Position numbers and translations under genes: made by a program. From Prorocentrum cordatum (taxonomy: Eukaryota): a stretch of 64,000 nucleotides of DNA. The stretch lies in the NCBI GenBank assembly GCA_963575745.1, contig CAUYUJ010000048.1:124001-188000 (forward strand), in the 5' to 3' direction. The notes beneath the pieces were generated by a model that was not told the DNA's origin, searched no databases, and saw only the letters and a list, made by a program, of their open reading frames with translations. Shown here piece after piece: positions 48,580 to 60,098 of the stretch. Every line of letters begins with the position of its first letter. The first letter of the stretch is position 1.

Positions 48580-50700
48580 CGCGTCGCCAAGAAATTCAAG
48601 GGTTTCACGTGCCGGCTCGATGGCTTCCACCCCAGACACTTCAGCATGACCAGTGAAGAGCGCATGGGGGCAGCAGCGCTCATAACCGCATGCCGATGAT
48701 AATAAAGGGACCCCCCCCCCCCTCAGTGTTTAGAGTTGATTATCGTCGCCCTATACAAAATTCAAATTGGGCGGCGAGCGCCGAGGCCGAACTTCATTAT
48801 CACCTCGAAACGCTATGTTGAGATAGCAACATCAAACGATGTTGCTATCCCCGCGCGCGCCTGAACTTTTCTATCTCTGGGGTTGATTATCCATGGAAAG
48901 GGGGGCACATGAGCTACCCTACATGAGCACTTAAAAAAATCATTTTTAATGAAGCGCTTGTGAATTAAAATTGATAGATATGGAACTTTCCATTTTTTCC
49001 GTTCTTCTTCTCATATTCTTCTTATCTTCTTCTTCTCTTCTTATGATTCTTCTATTTTGCTCTTCTTCTTTTATATTACTATATGTCCTCACGCTCGCCT
49101 GAACTGTTTTATCCCTGGGCTTGATTATCCATGGAAAATGAAGCACATGAGCTACCCTACACGAGCACTTTACAACATCAATGTTCATAAAGCGCTTGTA
49201 AATTAAAATTGATAGATTTGGAACTTTCCATTTTTCCGTTCTTCGTCCTCTTCTTATTATCCTCTTCTTCTTCTTTCTTATTTTTCTTCTACTGTATTCT
49301 TCTTCTTTTAATTTTTCTCTCTGTCCCCGCGCTCACCTGAACTTTTTTATCTCTGGGGTTGATTATCCATGGAAATTGAGGCGCATGAGCTACCCTACAC
49401 GAGCACTTGCAAAAAACAATTTTCATAAAGCGCTTGTAAATAAAATCTAATAGATTTGAAACTCGAGATTTTTTCTTCTCTTCGTCCTTCTCCTCCTCCT
49501 ATCGTTTCTTTTTATGTTATTCTTCATTCTTTTTTTATTTTTCTTTCTTATATATAGCTTCCTCCATTCCAGCGAGATAAGCCATTGTGGAGGATACTTC
49601 TGTGAAAACTAAACGCCAAGGATGTCTCAAAACGTGCTCGGCTTGGTCTCCTCTTGATCATCTCTCACTTCGAGATTATGCTGAGGTCTGCTGGGCTACT
49701 TTTATTATCTCTCCCTGAACCCCGAACTTTATTATCCCCTAGTGTTTATTCTCACGGGCATGAGGTTAGTTCAGCTCATGGAAGTCACTTGTTCGACGCC
49801 GCGGGTCACGCAAAGCGTGGACATGCCATTGGCACGGATGCGCAAAGGCCCTGGGAGACGGTGCACTGCCTTCTTCCCAGGGCTATTGAGTGTGAAAAGG
49901 GGAAGTTGTGGGCAGAGAGTGCAAGCAGTGGGAGGCAGAGTACGGCATGGGGCCCCAGTTCTCAGCGACGCAGAAAAGGTTTCCCGAGGACACCGCATGG
50001 CGACAGGCCATGCGAAGCGCGAGTTAGTGGCTGGAAAAAAGGCGACCATTGTCTCAAGTTGTTGTGGGATTTGGAGTCGTATTATGAGACTATTGATCGC
50101 AGTCTCATGGGCAAGCAGTTGGATTACACGAAGTACCCAGCCCACATATTGACGCTGAACATACACATACAGGCGGCCGCGCAGGTTGCTGCAATATGGA
50201 AGCGAGTCCAAAGCCAAGTACCCGCAGAGAGGGATTACGGCAGGGGGCTCTAGTGTCACGTACGAGGCGAAAGCTTCTCAAACCTGGTCTAGAGCAGCCT
50301 GCAGATATTGTAGACGATACTGGTAGCATAGCGCACATAGATGACTTAACCTTGGTCTCTGGGGGCCGGAGCCTGAACTACGTCATCGGCCAGATGAGCA
50401 CCTTCGCGGCGATCCTACACCAGGCGGTAGGCAAGCTGCACCTCTCTCTGGCCGCCCCCAAGCTTTGCATGGTGGCCAGTTCTTCTAAGGTTCTTACTTT
50501 GGCAGTAAAGCGCCCGGGGAAACTTGGAGGGGAAGCGGGGATAGATGGCACTCGAGGGAAGCACCAGCGACGCCCCAGGGCCCGCCATATGCGGAGAAAG
50601 CGATGGTTGAAAGTGCGTTCCAGGCGCGCAAGAAGGCGCGCGACCTCCCGGGGAACGAAGCCAAGCAGCTGAAGAGCAGGTTCTTTGCAGTGGGGGCCAA
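48580..50700 (+). pseudogene. LINE reverse transcriptase domain, interrupted by an insertion
   Basis: DGFHPRHF (48618); GRRCTAFFP; LLWDLESYYETIDR (50059); RGITAG (50227); SIAHIDDLTL (YxDD-equivalent at 50334-50345); LSLAAPK. Confidence 0.8.
48697..49737. mobile_element. AT-rich insertion with a ~238-bp tandem array inside the LINE RT
   Basis: Sharp GC drop. Unit CCTGAAC..GATTATCCATGGAAA..CATGAGCTACCCTAC at ~48860, ~49098 and ~49336. Ends GATAATAAAG / CTTTATTATC are inverted. Confidence 0.6.
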
Positions 50701-51624
50701 GTCCGTCCTTGCACACGGTGCTTACAGTCAAGGGTTTACACCTAAAGAAATTGACAAAGTCCGTGCACTTGGAGGCTCCGCTTCCAGTAGCAGGGTGAAA
50801 GCAGCCAAGTTAGATTTATGATGGCGCACTGTCAAGGACGAGGATCCGATCGCATGGTCGGTGTCAGGTCTTGAACGATGCGCCATGGAATGGTGGAGCA
50901 GCAGCTCGACCAGGAAGGAGCTACAGACTCATGCCGGCGCCCTGTCGGTCAAGGAGCTACGGGATGCGTCCGAGCATGCAGTCCACGATTTAACAGCAGT
51001 AAGAAAACATGGCACGGTAAAGTGCGAGGTCCAATGACTTTTCCATTTTTGTGGGTAGACCATGTTGGCTGGAAGTTTAGGGCAGCAACGAAGCTGGAAG
51101 ATAGAGAAGCCAGGGTGTGGAATTTATCAGAGACAGCGCCGACAAGGATTAGCACAGAGTTCCACGGGCAGTTCAAAGACAGCTTGGTCCAGAGCTATGC
51201 TGAGAAAAAGCGATCTGCTGACGCTGATGTTGCAATCTCTGGCTGGTGGTGGGATCTGTTTCAGAGGCAGCTCCCTCTAGCAGGGCTGAGCTTCAGGGGG
51301 CAGCAGCTGGTCCGGAAGGTATTCTGCGACGCTCTGGTCACAGGTGAGAAGCTTAAAGAATGGGGGTATTCAGGCAATAGAAATTGCCCATATTGCGGCT
51401 GCCCTAATACGTGCTTTCATCGAATGTGGGAGCGCCCGCATGGGCAAAGTATACGTTCGGAAGTCTTTGGGCACATCTTGGCAGAGGCAATCGCACACCC
51501 CACCCATCCGCTACTCTCCAGGCTGTGGGCTGCGAAACTTGAGATCCCCAGGCCAGCGCAGGACTGGGGCATCGAAATGCTAGATCGGCATGGGCCGTGC
51601 CGGGGAAAAACGTGTGACCCCGAC

Positions 51625-52150
51625 ATCCCTGTTTTTGTTGACGGGTTCATCATAGACCCATCGCACCTCGAAATCAGCAGGGGGGCTTGGCAGCGGTTCA
51701 GTTGAATGCCGCAGGCGAGCTTTTGGCAGTAAGATCCCCTCTGCCTGCTGACTTTCCTCAGACCCCTGCCCATAGCGAAAATGCAGGGCTTGCCATAGCC
51801 CATGTCCATTCGACATTTCCTAGGTCAGCACCTTTTGCGGTGGATTGCGCAGCCCTTCTTAAAGGTGCCCGCTCCCCAGGCGCCGCACTAGCAGGCTACT
51901 GCTTCTTTGGAGAGTTCTGGCGAAATATTGGGCTCCACCTTCTGCCTGACCAGTGGGCGCAGCTGCGGAAGACCAAGGCGCACATCGATAGGACCAACGT
52001 CGAGGACAGTGAGTTAGGCGAATGGTTGGGCAAAAAGGCAGCGGATTGGCATGCTGGCGAGGCTGCCCGAAAGCATGCCTTACCCAGGCCAGATGCGGAG
52101 GCCCATATGGAGGCTGTCCAGGCCTACGCTGCCTTGCTCAACGGGGTTGG
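51625..52150 (+). pseudogene. RNase H-like domain of the LINE
   Basis: VFVDG..AAVQL..QTPAHSENAGL..AVDC..KTKAH..GKKAADWHAGEAA matches the RNase H D..E..D..KxxAH..GNxxAD pattern. Frameshift near 51690. Confidence 0.7.
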
Positions 52151-53723
52151 TCGGATCCTAAGGGAGTGGCCCAGGGCCACGGACACGTGGCCCGAAGCGC
52201 AGCCCCGGCCCCCCAGGGGCAGAGACCGCCCATTTTCAACCTGCCACACACCCATCTGGGCAGGGTCAGGGTTTCGCTGTTCCACTTGCTTAAAAAGGAT
52301 CAGCCCAGGCACCCGGCAAGGGTGCCAACAGGTAGCGACTCATATCCAAGAAGCCGTAGATAACGAACCAAGGCTCCACCATGCCCTCATGGTGGGGTGG
52401 GCCGACAAGTCAAAATTGCCTATAGTTTTCTGCAATCTGTGCGGGGGGGGGGGTCCTGCGCAGTGAAACGGCTGAAGTTGCTGAAGCTTTGTCTCAACAC
52501 CGTCTCGTCTGAGATGCGGAAACTCAGACGGGGCAGGGTACCAGGCACATCTGATTATTTTTCGAATCCAGCGCCAATTGAACATTTTCGCGCAACGAAT
52601 GCGAGAGCCGAAATTCGTGACATTTTCGTTGCGTCAACATGGGTACACGAGGCAGGTAACAGACACCTGCTACACCACGCATTCCTCCTCCCTTCTCTTG
52701 TCCCTGTCAGCGCAGCTGTATTTCCAGCAGCTGGGAACTCCAGCAGCTGAGGATAGGATAATATGGGGCGGGGGTGGGTGGGTAGGTGGGGTATTTCTGG
52801 GGTCGCATGCTCAAAATGTTACTTAAGACCAGACTTTCCTGCTGTGCTATTCGCTACACAACAGCAGAGGGGCAGATATGCTGCACTCTGCACAGATCTG
52901 GCATTTTGGGTGCATCGGTTCATCCGTGAAAACGGAACCGCTGCACACACACACACACACACCCGGACAGCACGCGACGGGCAGGGTTGTCCAACGTGGC
53001 CGAGGGCACCGGATACTTTGTGCACGCGCTCAGAGTTCTCCTCCACGGGAGACGCCTCCCCACTTCAATATTAACTCTGCTCTTCCCCCTCTTCCTTCCT
53101 CTCCGATCCTTTGCATGAGTTGCTGTGCACCAGCGCAGCAAGGCCATCAAGGGTAGGGGGAAGGTCTGGGGGGCAGATGGTGGGCAAGGGATGGGGCTCT
53201 CTGGAGCAGACATGCGACGAGTAAGTTCGTCCGTGCCGCCTTCGACCCCTTGCCGACTGGCGATGATTGGGCTCTCGTTGTGCTTTTTACGACTTGCGTA
53301 TTTTCTATCACCGAGTATCACCGAGTATGAGGAGGAGGAGGAGGAGGAGGAGGAGGAGGAGGAGGAGGAGGAACAGGAGGAGGAGGAGGAGGAGGAGGGG
53401 AGGAGGAGGAGGAGGGGGAAGGAGGAGGAAGAGGAGGAGGAGGAGGAGGAGCCCTTAGCGGGCCCTGGAAACGACGGGGCCGTTTTTGTTACCGGTTCCG
53501 TCTTGCCGCTTCTTTGCTGCCGGTTACGATGTCCTGTTTTTGTCTGCTCCGTCATTGTTTTTGTTTAATGTTTCCGATTCTGGCTCTGGTTACGGTCACC
53601 GGAGCCGTTCTGTTGCCGTTTCCAGTCGCCGTTTTTGCTGTCGTTTCCGTGTTTTGTTTTGGGTGGGGGAGATTGTGGAAAAGCGGTTTTGTTGTTTCCG
53701 GGACCCATTAGGGGCCAGGATAG

Positions 53724-53912
53724 TCAGTATCGTTTAACCGATCCTTATCCCCATTCCCATCCCCATCCCGATCCCCACCATCCCACCACCCCAGTTGATG
53801 ATATGCCCCTCGAAGCCCCAAGGGAGCCGCCTATATTCCCATCTCGGGGGTAAATCTGCCAGTGGGGCCCAGGCCACGCCAGAGGGGGTAGGGATCGGTT
53901 AAACGATGCTCT
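53724..53912. mobile_element. MITE with 5-bp direct flank GATAG
   Basis: ATCGTTTAACCGATCC / GGATCGGTTAAACGAT are inverted. GATAG at 53719-53723 and 53913-53917. Confidence 0.7.
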
Positions 53913-53959
53913 GATAGGGGAGGGAATTCATCTCCTGCTGATCGCCCATCGGGGCATCG

Positions 53960-54107
53960 TTGCCCACACCGCCCAGGAACGTCCGGATTCGCCGACGGGG
54001 GCCTCTCGCCGATCTATCGGCGATGCATGACGGTTGCCCACACCGCCCAGGAACGTCCGGATTCGCCGACGGGGGCCTCTCGCCGATCTATCGGCGATGC
54101 ATGACGG
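53960..54107. repeat. Near-perfect 74-bp tandem duplication
   Basis: TTGCCC(C)ACACCGCCCAGGAACGTCCGGATTCGCCGACGGGGGCCTCTCGCCGATCTATCGGCGATGCATGACGG twice. Confidence 0.9.
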
Positions 54108-56742
54108 ATTCAAGCTCCAAGTTTCCCCACCCCTGGGCTGGTCCCCCCTTTCGTCCCCCCTCGTCGGAGGGGGGGACGGGGGGCAGGAGGAGGAGGAGGA
54201 GGAGGAGGAGGAGGAGGAGGAGGAGGAGGAGGAGGAGGAGGAGAAGGAGGATGGGGAGGAGGGGGAGGAGGAGGCCGACGGCGCCGACGTTCGCCCGCAG
54301 CGCCAGCTGCCCAGCGTCCCCGGGCGCCTGCCCGGAGGAGGGCGTCCCCCTGGATCGGCCTCCTCCTCCTCCTCCTCCCCCTCCTCCTCAGCAGCAGCAG
54401 CAGCAGCAGTAGCATCAGCGTCAGCGTCAGCAGCAGGGGGACGGGGGGCAGCCCAGACCTCGGCGGCCCTCCGTGGGGCCTCCCGCGGAGGCGCCCAGTC
54501 GCCGCGGCGGGGCCCGCGTCGGCAAAAACGCGTCGGGGCGGAGCTCGGGAGGGGGTCCCGGGGACAGGTGTTGCGCTGCGTCGGGCGTGCCTTTCTGCAG
54601 GAGGCAGACACATGTCAGGAGGGAAAGAAACACACAGACACAATTAATCGTCGATTCCCCAGAACATATGGGAGAATATGGGAAGTGGGGGGAAGACAAA
54701 AACCAGAAAATATGCGAAAATATTGGGAATTATTTTATTTGTGTGTATTTATTTGTGTGTCCTTGGGCCCCGTCAACATGGTTCATTTCTAATTCTTCGA
54801 GAGTTCTTTTATTTTTAAGGGGGCCAGGATCCTCTCCTTTCTAACTGTGCTAGCCTGGGCCTCTTCCTGGCCACTAGGGGGTCGGAACAGTTAGAAACGA
54901 GCACAATTGGAAATGAGCACGATGAGAAAGGAGCGACGTGTATTCTAACATTGTCGATGAATAGTCTGGGGACGATCTTTTCAGATATTTTCGAGCATCG
55001 GTGATTACTTTCTGGCTATTTTCATTGTTCTTCGAAACCCGCCTGCAGGAGGACATGCCCGACCCAAATGTTCCGTAGACGCGCCCACGGTGTTTTAGCT
55101 AATGGCGAAGTAGGACAACCAATTGTAGGACGGCGTACTTCGTGGTCAAACCAATTGTAGGAGCGCGTGGTTCGTGTTTTCCTACAACTCGCTTTGCCGT
55201 TTTCGTTCGATAAATTCGCATATTCGGAATGTGGGAAAAGGTGTTCCGTGATTCCTACATGTTGTTTTGCGTGAGTTCGGTGTCACAAAAAAAAACATGA
55301 TTCCCAACCGCACCGTTAACCAACAACCCCGTCAGCGTTGCCTTGGATGCTGCGAAGGTTTGGACCAGAAGGGCGAGCCACGGTTGCCTCAGTCGGCCCT
55401 CAGAGGGTCGAGCCAGGGGCTTCCCAACCGAGGCGATCCTCGATGGTCGATCGTTCCTGGACCCTCGGCACGCGATCGTCGACCGTCGGTCGTTCCTCGA
55501 ACCCTCGATCCTCGATCGTTCCGTTAGGTCGGGCATGTCCTCTACAGGTGGCGCTTGGACGAAAAGTCCCAAAAGGTCAAACCATACTCCAGCACAGTAA
55601 AGAAGCATCGTCCCCAGGATCTTCTTCCTGCAGAGGGACAGGCCCGACTTGGTCGTTCCTCCCAAAGCCCTCGGCCCTCGCTCGTGACGGCACCCTGCGC
55701 ACATGGCGGCCGTCTGCCGACGCAGACGCGCCCAGCGCGCCAGCGGCGGGCACAGCGCGGCACTGCACGCCTGCCTTCTCTGGTGCAGGAGGAGGAGGAG
55801 GAGGAGGAGGAGGAGGAGGAGGAGGAGCACTGCACTGCTTGCGTCGGTGGCCTCGAAGTCGAGCGGCCAGCGATGGCCTCCTCCTCGGGGGCGCCCTCCC
55901 GGGGAGAGCCGACCTTTCTGCCACCCTTCCTTCTGCGCCTATTGCCTGCTGCCTTCGGCCTCGCGCCAGGCAGTTCGGTCATTCCTTTATGATTATCCGT
56001 GCTTCTCGGCTTTGTCTTTCCTCGTCCCACCCCTTCCATCCTCCACCGACGCGCATGCTACCTAAGTCGCTCATCCGTGTCAGAGGACTTCGCCACCGCC
56101 TAGGATCCTGAATCTTGGCATGAGCTGTCGCTGCGCTCGCACCATCGGGCCGAGCACAGTCGTGTCAAACGCTCAAAAGAGCTATCCTGATGCAGGGCGG
56201 CCCGTTTTCAACGAGTGATTCTCGTTTTATCGCCCGCACGTTCGCACGTTCGTTTTCGAAATTAGTTGCCTTTGCGCTAGGCAGGTGGAGGGCGAGTTGT
56301 CTTCAACATGAGTTTCTAGCCGAAGCGCTCGCACGTTCTTTAGTAAGCGGCCCGCATTTGCACAGGTGGGGGGCGGTTCGTTGTCAGCATGTGGTTCTCG
56401 CAGCAGTGCCGCGCTCATTCTGAAAACGCTAGAAGGGATTTACAATGGCGAGGTGTTCTCTGTTCTCAAACCTCTAACTCTCCCCGTGGTTCCGTGCATA
56501 TTCGCCTCAAAAGGCTTCCACCAGCTGTACAGATCAAGTTGATTTTCTTGTTCAGACGTGCTTATCGCTTCAGCGTCCTGCACAGTTCTTGTTACAACAT
56601 GCAGCGGCTGCACGGTTGAAGACGAGGGGTTACGTGTGTGATCTAACCTTTGTATGTTCATGCATTGAGGTTTCCATCACATCAAGCTTGGATTGCCCAA
56701 CAGCTGCAGCGACGGAAAGAGATGCCTTTCTGCCAATGGCGC

Positions 56743-56902
56743 TTGCGTTGGGGTCCTCCGAGCATTCTGCAACAACTCCAGAACGGCGGCCTCGCATGCC
56801 CCTTCAGTTCAAGATCCCAACCTTGCGTTGGGGTCCTCCGAGCATTCTGCAACAACTCCAGAACGGCGGCCTCGCATGCCCCTTCAGTTCAAGATCCCAA
56901 CC
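56743..56902. repeat. Perfect ~80-bp tandem duplication
   Basis: TTGCGTTGGGGTCCTCCGAGCATTCTGCAACAACTCCAGAACGG..AAGATCCCAACC twice. Confidence 0.9.
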
Positions 56903-57564
56903 AAGTATATGGATGGAGGAGGTGTGTGTGTGTGTGTGTTGAGGGGCCTGTTTTCCACGTAAGTTGGAGAGGGGAAGGAGGAGGATGAGGAGGAGAGGGA
57001 CGAAGAGGAGGAGGAGGAGGAGGAGGACCCCTTCCCTCCTCCAACGTGTGGTGGTGGTGGTGGAGAGCAGGCCCATCATGTGTGTGTGTTCTGTGGAGTG
57101 GCCCGGCAGCCGCCCGGATGGAGGGCGCCTCCCTGTAAGCAGCACGCCTTCGGCCCGGGCAGCGCGCAGCATCTTCCCGACAGCTCTTGCTGCAGTCGGG
57201 GGGGGACAGACCTCCTACCCTGACGCGTCGGTAGAGGGAAACAATTACTGAACACTCCCCCTCCCCCCCAAACTCAATGTTGGCACGCGCGGGGGAGACT
57301 GCGGTCGAAGTGCACCTCATCAGACCCACCGCCAACTTTGAACATTTGGGGGAGGGGGAGGCGTTGACGGATGAATGTGGCATGTGTGTGCTAATTTGAT
57401 CCGAGGCCTGGTCGATTAGCGAATTGGCCGTTTTCGTTTTGCGAGGGGGCGCCGCGGCCGTCATTTTTGCGGGTCTAGGTCCGTCGGTGTCGGTCCCGGG
57501 CCGTTTTCATTAATTAAAGGGAGGTTTGCTAAAGAGAGGTCTGTCCACCGCCGAACCAGCCTTA

Positions 57565-57722
57565 AGTCGGGCATGTCCCTCTGCAGGAGGAATCTTCCAA
57601 AACAGTTAGAACAATAGTCTGGGGACGAATTTTGTTGATTATGTTTGGCTAGTTTCGAAGATGTTTGGGGGTATTGTTTTATTTGTCGTCCAAAATCCGC
57701 CTGTAAGGGGACACGCCCGACC
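57565..57722. mobile_element. MITE family with TIR (A/G)GTCGGGCNTGTCCCTCTRCAGG, representative copy. Others: ~3990-4148, ~21668-21926, ~22615-22767, 39405-41445, 41603-42013, ~55527-55649; right ends only at ~6360-6385 and ~55040-55065
   Basis: Inverted ~24-bp termini. This copy is flanked by TA on both sides (Tc1/mariner-like). Confidence 0.8.
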
Positions 57723-58029
57723 TAATACCAGCCTCGAGGGGGGAGGGCGATCGCCTCCTAGGCCCCTCCTGCTTGAAGCGGTCGGACCGTCGTCCGAGGG
57801 TGGATGCGCAATGCCAAGCGCGCAAGGACCTCTCCTCACCAAGCGCGTTCCGCTGCTCGCAAAGTGCCTACTCGCAAACGTCCGAAAACCAGATGCTTGC
57901 TTGCTTCGATGAGATTCATCGTAGAACCCCCGCGGCGGATTCAGGCCATTTGCGTGCAGTTGCTCTGCGAGTAGCGGAACGCGCTCGTCTATTTCCTTTC
58001 TTTTCCGCTCGGGCGTGCTGCAAACCACG

Positions 58030-59020
58030 GACGAACCACAGCGTAACGTCGATGCTTCCTGTTCGGGACACGCCACTGCAGTTACAGCCATGCTTCGCTG
58101 TAATGTTGGCCAAGCCAATACGGGGCGTGCCGACATGACTAAACAACCTGCGAGCCAACATAACGTCAAACGCGTCACACAAATACAACTCACCGAAGCG
58201 CACAAATGACGCAGACGAGCAGCGCGAGGAACACCGTAATGATCATGAGTACCGTACGTGAAGGAGTCGACAAATTATCGACCAGCGCAGCTTCCAGCTC
58301 AGTCGTACTAGTGGTTACCAAGATGAGGAAAATTACAGTGAACACTGCAGCGGGACTTTGGAACGCAGAACTAGGGATTGAAGAGCCAGATCAGGTATAG
58401 ACCGTTTCGATGACCCTGTTGATCGACGAACCATAACGTAACGTTAATGCTTCCTTTTCAGGGCACGCCATTGCAGTAACGGTCATGCGCCAGCGTATTG
58501 GTGGCAAAACCAATACGGTGCGTGTCGACATGACAGCATCCGGCGAGCCAGCAGACCAATCAACATTGCATTGGGTATTGAAATGCAACCGGGGATTGAA
58601 GAACCGAGGCAGGCATAGACAAGATCGATGACCCCCGTGGAAAGACGAACCACAACGTAATGTGAATGCTTCCTTTTCAGGACACGCCACTGCAGTTACG
58701 GCCACGCTTCGCTGTATTGGTGGCCAAACCAATACGTGGCCAGGCGACGTGATATCACAACCAGCGAGCAAGCAGAACGTCAAATGCATCACACAGATGC
58801 AACACACCGAAGCACACACATGACGCAGACGAGCAGCGCGAGGAACACCATAATGATGATCGTGAGTACGTGCGTGAAGACGTCGCCAAATTATCAACCA
58901 GCAAAGCTTTCAGTTCAGTCGCATTCGCGACGACACAGATGCCCAGAATGCTGCCAATGAGCACTGCAGCGGGAAATTCAGAAGCAACTCGAGATTGAAG
59001 AGCCAGCGTAGGTATAGACC
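58030..59020. repeat. Diverged triplicated/duplicated segment
   Basis: ATGCTTCCT.TTC.GG.CACGCCA.TGCAGT.AC..CCAATACG at ~58052, ~58448 and ~58666. ATGACGCAGACGAGCAGCGCGAGGAACACC at 58207 and 58820. Confidence 0.85.
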
Positions 59021-59963
59021 TCTGGTGTCATCCCCTTTCCCTTCCTCCTCTTCCTCCGCCTCTTCCCCCCCCCTTCCTTCTCCCGTCATCCCCTTTTCCG
59101 TTCCTTCTTGCTCCGTCCTTTCTCCGTCCCCTTCCCTCCCTCCTGCTGCCGCGGCCCTGGCACCAGGCCCGTCCTGGGTCTAAAAGCAGTGCCCACAGGG
59201 GCCAGTGGCCCCGAGCCCGCGGGGTGTGTGCACATCGGGAGGGTTTCTCTGAGCACCCAGCTGGGGGGGCGACTGGAGGGTTTCTCCGAGGGGCTTAGGC
59301 GACCCGTCCTCCTCCTCTCTCCTCCTCCTCCTCCTCCTCCTCCTCCGCCTCCTCCGCCTCCGCCTCCTCCTCCTCCTCCTCCACCTCCTCCTATCTCTCC
59401 TCCATCTCCTCCTCCTCCTCCTCCTCCTCCTCCTCCTCCTCCTCCTCCTCCTCCCCCTGCTCCACCTCCTCCTCCTCCCCCTCCCCCTCCTCCATCTCCT
59501 CCAACTCCTCCTCCTCCTCCTCCTCCTCCTCCTCCTCCTCCTCCTCTTCCTCCTCCTCCTCCTCCCCCTCCATCCTCTCGGTTCGCCTACGGCCCAAGGG
59601 GAAATCGTGCAGCGGGGGGGCGGCAGCCCTTTGGTGCATACAGGCGGGGGGCGCAGGCCCCTGGGGTCCGAGGCGCTCAGGCCAGGCCGGCAGCCCGGCG
59701 GCGCTGCAGGGCAAGCTTCACTTGCACGGCGCAGCTGACCACTTCCCAGACCCCCTCGAGTCACGAAAAATCACGACGGGAGTTTTCTCCCTATTTTCGG
59801 CCTCTGAGGGCCCCTGCTGGGCCTCGGGACCGTCAAAAAACGACTCAGGATGAAGAGCCGGTCCCGGGGAAGGGGTCCAGACCTTTGGGGGTCGACGTCA
59901 TGAAAAAATCATTACGTCAGGGGTCTGGGCCCTTTGTAGGCTCTGACCAGCTCGCCAGGCTTA

Positions 59964-60098
59964 GGGGGCCACATGCGAACCCTACCCCTACCCCCCACGA
60001 TTTCTGAGGGGGAGGGTGGAATTTCTGAGGGCGATGTGAACCCCACCTTCCCCCTTCGAAATCGTGGGGGGTAGGGGTAGGGTTCGCATGTGGCCCCC
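59964..60098. mobile_element. Young MITE with perfect 41-bp TIRs and TA target duplication
   Basis: GGGGGCCACATGCGAACCCTACCCCTACCCCCCACGATTTC (59964-60004) is the exact reverse complement of 60058-60098. TA on both sides. Confidence 0.9.

Larger units (their letters stand above)
45430..52700 (+). mobile_element. Decayed non-LTR retrotransposon (LINE, APE-RT-RNase H type); 3' end uncertain
   Basis: Collinear motifs across frameshifts and stops: ORF1-like zinc finger from 45588, APE from 46990, RT 48580-50400, RNase H-like 51630-52060, and C-terminal CxxC motifs (FRCSTC, FCNLCG) near 52270-52445. Confidence 0.85.

Noticed and set aside
52700..53100. LINE 3' tail and target-site duplication
   Set aside because: No poly(A) and no match to the 5' flank (AAGAAGAGG) were found. 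The (CA)n at ~52944 could be a tail but is unsupported.
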